Shown piece after piece: positions 1 through 12,845 of a stretch of 64,000 bases of DNA. This stretch comes from Octopus sinensis (lineage: Eukaryota). The translations under genes and the position numbers were made by a program. The notes beneath the pieces were generated by a model, which ran no database searches, was not told the DNA's origin, and worked only from the letters and a program-made list of their open reading frames with translations. The stretch lies in the NCBI RefSeq assembly GCF_006345805.1, contig NC_043012.1, positions 12,152,001 through 12,216,000 of the forward strand. Direction: 5' to 3'. Positions within the stretch are counted from its first letter, which is position 1. The number at the start of each line of letters is the position of its first letter.

Positions 1-14
1 TTACTGTAGACAGA

Positions 15-212
15 AGGCCTGAAAATTTAGGCGAGTGTAATAGACGATTACATCAATTCCATTGCTTGACTGGTACTTGTACTATGGACACCGGAAGGAT
101 GAAAGACAAAATCAGCCTCGGTTGAATTTTATCTCAAAACGTAAACACAGTCGAAATACCGCGAATCATTTTGTCTGTAACGAATCATTTTGTCTGGTAG
201 CTCGCCGCCTTA
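15..212 (-). mobile_element. Degenerate tRNA-derived SINE, family C (GGCGGCGAGCTGGCAGAA head)
   Basis: Diverged match to copies at 22638-22870 (gattacatc..actggtactt..ggatgaaagacaaa..cgaaataccgc..ctcgccgcct). Confidence 0.7.
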
Positions 213-788
213 GTAATGATATTTGTAATAATAATGATGCAAATGTGTGTGTATGTGTGTATATGTACAATGGACTTCCATACAATTTACGTCTACCAAA
301 TTCATTCAAAAATTATTGAGGACATATAGTTGGAAAGGTTTTTCCAAGTCGACGTACAATGGGAAAGAACGAAACCGCGTGGTTAAATCATCATATATAT
401 ATCTTCGCTTTAAAAATATGTGACAGGGGCGTGGAAATGCAAATGGGTCACGCTGTTGGACTTGTTTTATGGTTTGTCGTGCAATCACGTACTATATTTT
501 AGATTATCTACCGATGCCAAACTATGGAGGCAGACATGAACGCTCTTTGGTTAGCCTTCACGGAGAAACAAAACTTCTAGGAAAATCGTTTCCTGCATTT
601 TTTCCATCGATTATGTTTTCACAGTGGGAAACGAACAGGCGTCTAACAAGCTGGGAGTTCACGCACATAAACACACACAAACACACACTCATACATCCGA
701 ATGTGCACCTGATTAAACGTGTATGCATTTGTGCGTGCTTATACGTGTGCATGTCTGTGATCATATGTATCAATATACATATATAAAT

Positions 789-1271
789 AATTGAATAAGT
801 TAGAGTCAACTAGAAGGCGTACAGTCGAATATTTATTTGTAATCACTACAACTGTTTCGATGCAGCACAATTCTACAGGCTTGCGGTTATTTGGTTATGT
901 AACCTTTCCCTGAATTATGCGGTCTAGTTGTGTTTCTTCGAGTGATATGTAAATATTGTCGCTGTGAACTCAAATTCTCGATTCTAAGTACATCATTTCT
1001 ATCTGATATGGCCGACGCGTTAATAGTAGCCACTGAAGTATCAAGAAATGTGTTGTGGATAAAAGTTTATTGATAAGCTGTTTTCAATGTATGTATGGAG
1101 TGGGGCTGGTTTTTTGTACTGTTGATATATTCTTCGTGGTTTGTTACACTTGTGATTGCCCTTTATGACCAAATACCTTCAAGCCTGGAGAACTAGGTTG
1201 CGTGGAAACGTTTGCAGGTATTACAAATAAACTTCTAACTGTACACCTTCTTGACTCCAACTAAACTAATT
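789..1271. mobile_element. Fold-back (inverted-arm) Penelope-like remnant with degenerate hammerhead motif
   Basis: 789-898 is an imperfect reverse complement of 1165-1271. Minus strand 947->842 reads atcac-TCGAAGA...GAAA-CAGTTG-TA-gtgat. Confidence 0.6.
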
Positions 1272-1420
1272 CATTTATCTATTCGCATACCACAGAAGCC
1301 ACAGCACATATCTAGCAGCACGTATTATACTACTACTGGATAGAAACCGGGTGAAAACTGAACATGGATGAGCTTTATACTGTACATGACTACGTTCTTA
1401 ACAGAGTATAACATAAAAAA

Positions 1421-1940
<520 letters not shown>

Positions 1941-2609
1941 GTGTGTGTCACTCTAACTTCTTCATTTCCTCTTTTTCTTTCTTTGTCGTTATACATAGAA
2001 CTATCTGAGGGTGGGGGACTCTTTCTGCCGTATCTCCTTCCTATTTCTTCTTTTCAATTTCTGGAATTCCTATAACTCATAAAGCCATTTGTGTTTTACT
2101 CACTTTAATCTAGTCCTTTCACCACTAATTCTCGTTAATCTTCTCATTATCTCCAGTTGATCAATCTCTTGTTTTTCTCTGAAATAATTTTTCACCTTCC
2201 GTTTTATATTAATTATATCTGTTAAACATTTTAATTTCCTACAATTAGCTCAGACATAGTAATGCATACACAGGCACCTACACAAAGACACATAAAAATA
2301 ATTACAACAACTCACGCTGACTCAGAAGTATGAATATTTGTGTAAATACACAGACACTGAGACATAAACACACATTTTGAGTAGACGAACACACATACAA
2401 ACTCAAGCATAAACACAGAATAAAAAATAGCGATACTTTACTTACATACTATGAAGTACACACTTGCATGCTTGATTGATACACATTCGTATACACATTT
2501 TATTCAGGCTCTGTACACTTGCAGATGCCAATAAAGAAGAACAAAGATATTTTCCCATTACACAAACTCATTCCCCACCTCCACAAATCGATCAGTAGAA
2601 AAGCGCATT

Positions 2610-3030
2610 CCACTAGTGTGAATTCACCAATAAGATAACAACCTACACTTTCTTGAAAACCGCGGCGAAGTTTGGTCGGTGGATAGTTACCGTTTTACAA
2701 CAGGTGGGCGATGAAAATTTTTATTGAAAAGCTTTGAAAACAAACTAACGTAACCCACGCACAAATATCGCGTATTCATTTGAAGTGTTTGGTGATTTTG
2801 CCAAAACGGAGGAAAATAGAATTATAAAAGCTTTCAGTCTTCTCTCTCTATGATATTGACAGGAACACTTTTACAACTAAACATAACATTATCTTTTGTG
2901 ACATCGAATATAGATATTAATTCACATAAATAAAAGTAACTACAGCGACTAAACATCTGAGAAACACACACACATACACACACACAAACACACACACCTT
3001 AAGTTCAGTTATTATATAGAAATGTATAGA
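2610..3030 (-). mobile_element. Possible decayed non-autonomous Helitron
   Basis: The minus strand starts TCTATATAATAAC..GTGTGTGTTTGTG, like the 5' end of the Helitron at 43525, and an ACTAG lies at 2612. No clean 3' hairpin is visible. Confidence 0.3.
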
Positions 3031-3450
3031 TATTATTCATTCGTGCTTGCGAATTACCAAAAATCATTGTAATATTAGTTCTGAGGTTTATTATTATTAT
3101 TATTATTATAATTATTATCAGTATTATTACTATTATCGTCGTGCGAACAGCGAGCCATTAATCAATTAATTCATTCATTTATTCATTGATATATATATAT
3201 ATATATATTTATATATATCATATGAACCGATTCTAACAGCTCAATGAGAAGTATTCAGTTTTAGAGCTATTACAGTAATTTGAAAGTTGAAAAATTTAAA
3301 GAATTCCTTTGCCGGTATCGGAACTGAATAACACCATAAAAAAGAAAAGAAAAAGAAAAAGAATACAAATACAGCAAAACCAGGAAGATTTTTTTTTCTT
3401 TTCTTTGTATTTTCACTCCTCCAAGTGAACTTGTCCTGTCTCTATTTGTG

Positions 3451-3489
3451 ATGAGTACAGAAAGAATTGTGACGGATCTTCTATCTTAG
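3451..3489 (+). promoter_or_regulatory. Putative uORF (MSTERIVTDLLS*) in the 5' leader of the exon at 3661
   Basis: ATG at 3451 and TAG at 3487-3489, within unique sequence upstream of the main ATG. Confidence 0.35.
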
Positions 3490-3660
3490 AACGGGAAAAA
3501 AATAGAAAGAAAGAAAAAGGGAGCCACAGTTTCAGGAAACCAGGTGACAAGCTAGAGAAACACTACATTAGGAACTTTTACTTTATACAGTAACTGTTTG
3601 GGTACTGTGACATCTCGACTGATTTCACCGTAACCAAAAAAAAAAAAAAAAAGAGGAACA

Positions 3661-3749
3661 ATGCCTTTTGGTTCATTCGCAGAATTTAAGGGCCGAATAC
3701 TGTACCCTCCCACAGAAGCTGCCCAATTTGCTAAGCTATCATTCCAAAG
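3661..3749 (+). CDS. Putative first coding exon of an unidentified host gene (MPFGSFAEFKGRILYPPTEAAQFAKLSFQ, phase-2 intron follows)
   Basis: ATG with A at -3 (GGAACAATG) after an A-rich leader, 29 open codons of normal composition, and a consensus donor AAAG|GTAAGT at 3750. The sequence is non-repetitive. Confidence 0.6.
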
Positions 3750-4353
3750 GTAAGTTCTGTTCAGCTTTAAGTTGATGTCCCTTTATATATCTATAAACTG
3801 TGAGATTTGCATATATGAATATCTACATTTTACGTATTGCTTGCACTATAGAACCTTCCCCAAACCAGCTGTCGACTGAAGATCGCATCGATTTCCATGC
3901 CCTCCAACATTATCCATCCCTCCAACAATGTTGGGCAGTGTAGAATCTTTCCTGGAAATGTTTGGGTTTCCTTTGGCTTACACTCTAACTAGCACATATT
4001 CTTCTGATTTAAATTACGCGGTCACCAACCCTCAAACTCAGTGTATACATATCTTATTTGGAACAACATTTCAGCGAAAGTTAGTCTCTTAGACCAACGT
4101 TTTGATATGTATAGATAATACATTTTACTGAATACAAAATGCAAATAAGCGTTCGCATTACAAATACATATGTTCATACACACGCGGTACGAAGGCACAC
4201 AAACATATAAACACACAACACATACGCACACATTTACACGTTCTCACACACATTCTTTATTTGAGTTAAAATTTTACAATGTATTTACTGAACCTCACCT
4301 TATTAGCACCAGTTGGAATGTATAGCTTACAGATTATCTAATTTTCTTAATAT

Positions 4354-4664
4354 CACGTGATCACGTGACCGGTTAGGCTATCAGAGGTTGCTACACATCG
4401 CTGTTCACAATACGCTTCGCATTGTTTTAGCCATCAAATAATGCCACCCCGCTGGCTAAGCAAGCAGGCCATCAGAAGAAAGAGTGAGAGAAAGTTGCAG
4501 CGAAAGAGTACAACAGGGATCGCTACCACCCCATGACGGAGTCTCGTGGAGCTTTAGGTGTTTTCGCTCAATAAATACTAGCAACGCCCGGTGTGGGAAT
4601 CGAAACCGCGATCCTACGACCGCGATTCCGCTGCCCTAACCACTGGGCCATTGCGCCTCCACAC
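4354..4664 (-). mobile_element. tRNA-derived SINE family B (GTGGAGGCGCAATGGCCCAGTGG head; OR1-like by recollection), tail type 1
   Basis: A-box TGGCCCAGTGG and B-box GGTTTCGATTCCC on minus; TSD ttttcttaatat at 4342-4353 and 4665-4676. Confidence 0.9.
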
Positions 4665-5121
4665 TTTTCTTAATATACATTGCAAATATATACATCTCTT
4701 ACGACCATACATCCATACAACACGCAACAAGCCTATTCACAACTTTCATGTATTACATCCCGCCTACGATATTGGTCAACTCAGAGATACTTGTCCAAAC
4801 TGCCGCCCAATGAAATACAGTATAGTACCAATACTTGCATTATTCATTAAAACAATAAAAATAAGGTATTTAACCGAAAAGCTTCGATTGAAGGAACTCA
4901 ACCCAATTATAAATATTCATCTCTTTTTTTAAAAATAGAAGATAGGTTTTCGACTTACAAATTATTCTTAGTAATGCAAATTACGCGAAAATTCATTTCA
5001 GGTGAGAATCGTAACCGTGTCCTTGAGTTAACTAGCTAAGCTCTTGATTGAAGACTGTTTTCGAAATAATCTATGACATAGAATCAATTGTTTGACATGC
5101 CTTTATAATGAAAAGTTTACT

Positions 5122-5478
5122 GGTGCAGCCGTGGACGTGTGGTTAAGAAGCTTACATTGCAACCACAGAGTTTCGGGTTCAGTTCCCCTTCGCGGCAGCT
5201 TTAGGGAGCCTCTTTTATTAGAGCTCAAGGCCGACAAATGCCTTGTGAGTGAATTTGATCGGCGGAAACTGTGCAGTAGCCAGTGATATGTATATCTATA
5301 TGTTTTCGAGTTTGTATTTGATCTCAGTACTTGGTAACCGGTGTTGGATTGTTTACGTTCCCATGAATTAGTTGTTTGGCAGAAGAGACTTTAAAGATAA
5401 GTACTAAGATCAATTTATCCGACTAAATCTTCGAAGGTGGCGCTCATCATAGACGCAGTCCTATGACAAATAAAAGTT
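5122..5478 (+). mobile_element. SINE family A, diverged
   Basis: Head gtggacgtgtggttaag/gggttcagttccc and body ccttgtgagtgaatttg..cggaaactg match other family A copies. Confidence 0.8.
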
Positions 5479-7024
5479 TCAGAAAAAATAAAAAAAAGAA
5501 GATATATAAGTAATGAGTTGATACTGACTTATGAGAAGATAATTATGATATTTATATATCTCTTCGAGGAATTAGGGGTCGAAATAATACTAATTTGTTA
5601 TAGCCAAGAATATAAATTTTTTAATGAGATTTTCTCACATCAGATTTTTTTCTTTTTACATGTATGATTGGGAAACGCATGATCTCCAACATGTTCCTCT
5701 CTGTAGGTTTTAGATCGAAAATATATAATCATGAAACGTTACCGTTCTTCTTGCTTTCAATCATTTTCTAATATCAGAATTAGTCATAGGGGAGAATCGT
5801 TTCCCTAATTCTGAAAATTGCAAGAGAATACTTCTAAAATTGATAGGTGGCATTCGAATGTCGATCTACATATTGATATAAAATTTTGATTGGATTTGTT
5901 TCCTATGTTTTTAAACCTCTTGAATGTAATATCTCGATATAATAGAATTGTTTACAAGATTTGAAAGCATACATAGTATCGTATGCATTTACTAACTATA
6001 TCCTGTTCATCTTTGGTTGCGTTGATTAGCCTGCTTTGTTGATTGCGTATAAAATTTTTCAGTCTACAATAATTAAATGTGCTTCTAAGATTTTCACCTT
6101 GGTTAAGTACATATCTATGCAACTGAACTCGTTGTTTTCTATGTTCATTGAATACATCATTTCTTTTCTGTTGATAATTTTCTACATACGTACATACAAT
6201 ATACTTGCATACATGCATTTTCTACATACATACATACGTACATACAAATATACTTGCACGCATATACAGCTCAAAATCCCATTTTTAGTTTACCGCCTCG
6301 TATTTATATACTATTTATAATTTGAAGGGCAATAAATGCTTTGTGTTACGTATCTTAGAATTTATTAGTATGATTATTAATATTTACTTTCATTATAACT
6401 TTGCTTTATCCTATTTTTATTTTTCTACAGTCCCTGTACTAGGATGGCGCAAGTTTCCTTCGAAACCAGATTTGTTGTGCGTAGATATATGTGTGGAACT
6501 GTTGTCGAAAAAGAATGCCCTCCATTTTATTATATTTAGTATATCTTCAGTTTCCTGAAATACATTTTGTAGTACATTTATTTGAAGTATTGTCTCATAC
6601 TTTCTGAGTCGCACACAAAATTTAATTTTACACATGTTGATGTTGATGTAACATATAAACTTTATAGTCTTGTACAGGACATAGATTTTCTGCGCAGTAA
6701 TTAATTTCTTGGGAGGCTTTCATGTGACAGAAGAAAATTCACAACAGACAGAGAAATACTAATTATTGATTGTTAAGAAAAAATCATTCACATACATCTA
6801 TTCTTTCAACATGTTAAAAATCACGGAAATGAAATTTTCCATATATTGATAACGAGCTATGGCAGAATAGAAATACCAGGTGTAGTAAGTCGGAATATTC
6901 ATAGTACGCACATAAATGTTAAATACAATATCCAAACACATGAATATATAGAGATGATGGACTAGTCGTACTCTATAATCGTGAAGAACAAAATATAGAA
7001 AAATGTAAAAAAACAACATAAGAA

Positions 7025-7206
7025 CAGGTGATAGCAGAGTAGTAAGAAGATTGGTTCTCAACCACATGGTTCTGGATTGAGTCCAACTGCGTGGTGATTT
7101 AGGCAACTGTCTTCTTTTGTAGTTTCGAGCCAACCAAAGTCTTGTGAGTGGTAAACGGAAACTAAAAGAAGCCTGTAACTTAACTGAAAGAAGCCCATCG
7201 TGTATA

Positions 7207-7260
<54 letters not shown>

Positions 7261-7500
7261 CACATATATATACATATATATACATTTATATATGTATGTA
7301 TTTGTGTATCTGTGTTTGTCCCCATCATCGCTTGACAACCGCTGTTGGTATGTTTGTAACCCCGTAATTTAGCGGTTCGGCGAAAGTGATCGATCAACAA
7401 AGTAGTAGGATTACAAACAATACGTCCTGGGGTCTATTTGTTCGAGTAAAGGCGGTGCTCCTGCATGCCCGCCGTCAAATGTCTGAAACAAGTAAAATAA
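7025..7500 (+). mobile_element. SINE family A with internal (TA)n
   Basis: Colinear with 38351-38782. Confidence 0.88.
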
Positions 7501-7908
7501 TATTACTTATATGAGGAACAAAACCATTTCTGCATGCTTGCAAAAGAAAACCAATTCTGAGCATCAAAAGAATATCATTGTGTCAGTCATGTTTCGAACA
7601 TAAGCTACTCAAATGGCTATGATATTTCAGATTTCAGATTACCAAAAGGGAAATTTAAAATTCAAATACAGAAATACAGCGCAAATGAATTACGCCACTT
7701 CAAAAGCGCAAAGGTGGAAAAGTTAACTCGCATGAGATGCAAAATTCATAATATATGTACGATATGACGTTTACTGCGTAGTTCATTCCTGAAGTAAATT
7801 TTCTGCCGAAATTTATGCACAGGAATCATGTGAGAGTGTTAGCCTACCGAATGGTTATAATGTAACGCCAATATTTTAACATACATAGCAACACTCAAAA
7901 TATATATA

Positions 7909-7950
<42 letters not shown>

Positions 7951-7969
7951 AATATTAAATTTCTAAATA

Positions 7970-8068
<99 letters not shown>

Positions 8069-8221
8069 GTGTGTGTATGTGCGTGTGCCCTTGCGTGATA
8101 TATGACAAGTAATACATTCGGTGCATACACGTCCTCACGTTGATTTTTCTTACCTTTTTCTGTTTTTTCTCTGTTTTTGAATTAACTATACGCACACATA
8201 TAGACACACACACACACATAC

Positions 8222-8276
<55 letters not shown>

Positions 8277-8295
8277 CACCTTTTAATCACTTATC

Positions 8296-8507
8296 GCTTG
8301 CTTATTTCGGTCATTCGATCTGGGCCATTCTGGGTCTCGGCCTTGAAGTATTTTGGTTGAATTATTCAGTCCTTGTACTTTTCTTCCCACGACTGGCACC
8401 TATTTTACCGGTGTCTTTGACGGAGTCGCTTGGTTAAGGGTACATAAAACATCAAACCGGCTGTCAAACGGTAGTAGGGACAAACGCAGATACAAAGACA
8501 TGCCCAC

Positions 8508-8539
<32 letters not shown>

Positions 8540-8765
8540 AAATGTATGTACGTATGTATGAATTTATATAACGGGCTTCTTTCAGTTTCGGTTTTAGAAA
8601 TCCATTCAGAAGGCTTTGTTTGGCCAAAGACTATAGTAGAAGACACTGAAATTATATACTACGAGTCACTTACCGACCACATGGATCCAGGTTCAGTCTC
8701 ACAGAGGGGATTAAACCTGGAACCAAGTGGTTGGGAAGCAGACATCTTACCACAATTCTACACCT
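8296..8765 (-). mobile_element. SINE family A, diverged
   Basis: gggcttctttcagtttc, ctatagtagaagacac and cttaccaca motifs in reverse orientation. Confidence 0.8.
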
Positions 8766-9241
8766 ACAGAGAATATATGCATTCTCTTTCTTGCTCATAT
8801 TTTATCACCAATGCTACTCCTCTCAGTCAATCAATCATACGATATTAATCATCAGTGTGTTCAATAATTATATATTTGTCTGCTCTCGGTTCTCATTCTC
8901 GCCTCGTGTTTAGTTAGAATATCTCTAAAATGACGACGAATGATATTGCTGTATATCATTTTGAGAACTTATGATATTGTCTATAAGAAAGTTAATTAGT
9001 AAGTCAGCACCAGTTCATAGAATGGTGCGATTGATTACTCGTGTGCAACAGTTCATCAGTCTGTTGCACGATGCTTCTGTTCGACCATTAGGGAAATCTG
9101 ATCTTCATCTCAGTTCGGTTAAGTGCACACGCGCATGTATATATATACATATGTATGCATATGTGCATATATAAAAATATGCGAGTATATACATATATGT
9201 GTGTGTATGTCGGTATGTATGTGTATATATATGTATCTATG

Positions 9242-9287
<46 letters not shown>

Positions 9288-9290
<3 letters not shown>

Positions 9291-9487
9291 AGAGTTTACG
9301 AAAAAAACAAAAGACAAAGACAGGTGGTGTACAAAACAAACATATGTATTAGTATAACACTCAGGAATAGAAAAAGTCTTTTACGTTTCGAGCCTACGCT
9401 CTTCTACAGAAAATGACACAGAAAAAAACAAAGAGAGACAAGGAGAGAAAAAAATGTGTGTAGTGGCTAACGATCTATCATGGCGAC
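9288..9487 (-). mobile_element. ~200-bp (TA)n-anchored element with hammerhead-like motif, copy 1
   Basis: Near-identical to 12633-12820 and 30965-31166. Minus strand 9417->9376 reads gtcatttt-CTGTAGA-A-GAGCgtagGCTC-GAAA-CG-TA-aaagac. Confidence 0.85.
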
Positions 9488-9525
9488 TGATCTATATATA
9501 TATACATATATAATACTGGCGCCAC

Positions 9526-9815
9526 GGCGCAAGCATGAGTGTGTTGTGGTAAGGAGCTTGCTTTTCAACCACAAAGTTTCAGTTTCTGTTCTAGTGTCTT
9601 CTACAGCCTTGGGTCTAGTGAGTGAATTTCGCCTATGGAAATCGAAAGAAGCCCGCCGATTATATACGAATATACATCAGTGTGACTGGCGGGGATGGGG
9701 TATGTGTCATTGTGACAGCGTTTGTCCTACACTACCGCTTGACAACGGGTGTTGGTGTAATTCATGACCTTGTATGCTAGCGGCTCGCCAAAGAGGACTG
9801 ATATAATAAGTTCCA
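9526..9815 (+). mobile_element. SINE family A, diverged/partial
   Basis: gtggtaaggagcttgc..aaccac head; gaaagaagccc and cgcttgacaac body motifs. Confidence 0.75.
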
Positions 9816-10034
9816 GATGTGACGAAGTTGAACTTGTGGTTCCTTTTAGGTCTCTGGGTGGGACTTGGAGTCAATTTGTACAAATAGAAAGCAAAACCCA
9901 AACATATGATAATAGTAATAATAATAATAATAATAATCACATAATAATTATCATAATCACAAATAATAATAAATTGTAGTTATATAACTTTTATATGATA
10001 TAAGGATGTGCTTATATATATATATAATCTGATA

Positions 10035-10362
10035 TAGGATAAACATTTTCGAAAAAATTTTATCAATGGCCAGCATATTAAAAAAAATATCTTTAAAGGT
10101 TAAATTTTATAAACAACTTATAAACAAGGGCAAAAGAAAAAATTCAAATGCCAAATATGCCGAAATATAGACTTAATCGTCAATAACCATATAATTTATC
10201 ACTATTAGCACGCGTCTCGAAAGTATTTATCGCCGATGACGAGAAAATTCTAAATGAATTAACTCAGAAATTGGGACCAATCCGATAATAACGAATTTTT
10301 TAGAAATGTCTATCGACTTACTTTCGAGACACGTGCTTATAGTGATAAATTATATGGTTATT
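10035..10362. mobile_element. Small element with 44-bp internal inverted repeat, inside (TA)n
   Basis: 10182-10225 is the reverse complement of 10319-10362. The terminus 10035-10078 recurs inverted at 20335-20390 and 20406-20460. Confidence 0.65.
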
Positions 10363-10524
10363 TACATATATATATTTGGCATATATACATATATATACAT
10401 ATACACACACATACATATATGCATATAAAGCAAAGCTAATGAAAAACAGTAAAGCAAAAATATCCAAAGGGATGTTCATACGTGTATTTTTAGGTACTCG
10501 CTCGAACTAGAAAAACATATATAA

Positions 10525-10563
10525 TAGTATAACGTTTCGGACACAGTCCTTCGTCGGATACTA
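10525..10563 (-). ncRNA. Minimal type I hammerhead-ribozyme-like motif (Penelope-type)
   Basis: Minus strand reads TAGTAT-CCGACGA-A-GGACtgtGTCC-GAAA-CG-TT-ATACTA: perfect 6-bp stem I, 4-bp stem II, core CUGANGA with U4->C. Confidence 0.65.
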
Positions 10564-10904
10564 GAGATCCATTCATGGTAGATTGTTAGGAGATGAAAGG
10601 AGATAAACAGGGAGAAGAGAGATTGGATAAAATAAACTTCGTGGGATAGGTTTACATGTTCGGCATGTATCTAATCTAATTAGAAGTGCGATAGAAGATA
10701 AGCCAATGCATGTCCCCCAACACTTTGATACACACACACGTACACATACTGACACACACGTATATAACAGATTGTATAATAAAATATATCATATATGAAT
10801 GTATATATATACATATATTAATTTGCATTTATATTAATTTCTACATAGTAATTTCGCTTTAAAATGTTCATTTTTTGACTATTTGCAAGCACATTCTACT
10901 GCCA

Positions 10905-11309
10905 TACTCTTTCTCTTTACTCTTTTACTTGTTTCAGTCATTTGACTGCGGCCATGCTGGAGCACCGCCTTTAGTCGAACAAATCGACCCCGGGACTTAT
11001 TCTTTGTAAGCCCAGTACTTATTCTATCGGTCTCTTTTTGCCGAACCGCTAAGTGACGGGGACGTAAACACACCAGCATCGGTTGTCAAGCAATGCTAGG
11101 GGGAAAAACACAGACACACAAACACACACACACACATATATATATATACGACAGGCTTCTTTCAGTTTCTGTCTACTCAAATCCCCCACAAGGCATTGGT
11201 CGCCCGGGGCTATAGCAAAGACACTTGCCCAAGGTGCCACGCAGTGGGACTGAACCCGGAACCATGAGGTTGGTTAGCAAGCTACTTACCACACAGCCAC
11301 TCCTGTGCC
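10905..11309 (-). mobile_element. SINE family A, near full-length (CORE-like CACCTTGGGCAAGTG; OR2-like by recollection)
   Basis: A-box TGGCTGTGTGG, B-box GGTTCAGTCCC, internal (TA)/(TG) tract and 3' tail GTAAAAGAG repeats. Confidence 0.92.
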
Positions 11310-11477
11310 TATGTGAACATTTTGTGAACATTTTGTGAGAAAATGGTCCTAGGAAATGAAAACGTAAATTGAATGTCTTTGAGACTTCAATTCTTTTAAA
11401 AATATAACAAAAATGATATAGCTTGAATGTTTTTTGACACTTCAATCCTGATAAATGTATATTAAAAATAAACTCCC

Positions 11478-11568
11478 ACATCATCATCATCATCATCATC
11501 ACCATCACCATCGTCATCACCATCATCACCATCACCATCCTCCTCCTCCCCTTCCTCCTCTTCATCAT

Positions 11569-11603
<35 letters not shown>

Positions 11604-11619
11604 TCATCATCATCATCAA

Positions 11620-11655
<36 letters not shown>

Positions 11656-11668
11656 TATCATTATCATT
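11478..11668 (+). repeat. (CAT)n/(CGT)n/(CCT)n trinucleotide array
   Basis: Direct inspection; source of the poly-His/poly-Asp/poly-Met ORFs. Confidence 0.95.
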
Positions 11669-11869
11669 CAAGGGAGCATCAACAATATCAAGCCCAATAA
11701 AAGAACAGTAACGAAACTTCAGAGAGAGACATTCGGAATGTGTATGGAATCGTCTCGCGATAAGCACGAACTATTCAAAATAATGAAAAAAAGGAGCAAT
11801 AACTATTTAATATAATAATCTACAAAAACAAATAAAGAAAAATAATAGACTAATGAGTGGGTTACTTAT

Positions 11870-12090
11870 ATGGTCATTCACTTTACTAGAAATAGCACGC
11901 AACATTACTTGTCTTTGCCGGTCTATGTTTGCCTTCAGTCAAACTGATTCCCTCAAGAATCACATGTCACGAGAGACAATCAAGGTATCTTTACGAGGTC
12001 ACTTGGTCTGACATAAATAGCAACCGAATCATGCCTGACGGTTTTATACAAGAAGGACAAGTTGGATAAAGTAGGCTTGGCTAGAATATC
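11870..12090 (+). mobile_element. Old dispersed repeat family D (ggtca..ctagaaatagca..ccctcaaatcacac)
   Basis: The same motifs occur at 52395-52625 and 60500-60555, and in reverse orientation at 23115-23345, 23775-23960 and 43045-43215. Confidence 0.55.
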
Positions 12091-12632
12091 AGAAAAAATA
12101 CAATACAATAGAATTAAGATGGTTTAAGTGGTTTGATCTCGGGTTTAAATGGTCGGATCAGAACTGTGGTGAGAAAAAACCGACCCCGACCACCGATGGT
12201 GACCACCACCTTCGCAACCAACGCCTCAGCCGACGCAGCCACCGTCACACCGTCAACATCATCTCCACCACTGCCACCTACGCCATCACCAGCACTACCA
12301 CCCCCACCACTATCAGAACCATGACCGCCACAAGTGCAACAACAACAATAACCGTTTAGAAACATCATTTAATTATTTTTGTAATAAATAAAATAAATAA
12401 GAGTGGGTAGGCTTATATGCCGTGGGCCGTGGTGGCGGTGGTGGTGTTTGCATAGTAGAGGAGAAAAAACTAATACAGGTGGGCGTATGTGTGTGTGGGC
12501 ACATGATATTTGTGATTGTTTATACATATATATTACATAATACTATAAAAATACATTTATAGCTAAGCATTGATTGATATATGTATATATATATATGTAT
12601 ATATATATTATATATATATATATATGTATATA

Positions 12633-12820
12633 GGGATAGTTTACGAAAAAAACAAAACAAAAGACGAGGATTGGTGGTATACAAAACAAACAGATGTATT
12701 AGTATAACGCTCAGGAATTGAAAAAGTCTTTTACGTTTCGATCCTACGCTCTTCTACATAAAGGGACACAGAAAAAAACAAGGAGAGAAAAAGTGTGTGT
12801 AGTGGCTAACGATCTTTCAT
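12633..12820 (-). mobile_element. ~200-bp (TA)n-anchored hammerhead-like element, copy 2
   Basis: Colinear with 9288-9487; motif at 12726-12767 with core and stem II substitutions. Confidence 0.85.
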
Positions 12821-12845
12821 ATATATCTATATATCTATACATATA

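Noticed and set aside
6431-6540. Second exon after the strong acceptor tttttctacag
   Set aside because: The phase-compatible frame hits TAG with no good donor, and the peptide is unrecognisable.
11455-11767. Poly-His / poly-Asp protein
   Set aside because: A (CAT)n microsatellite read in different frames.
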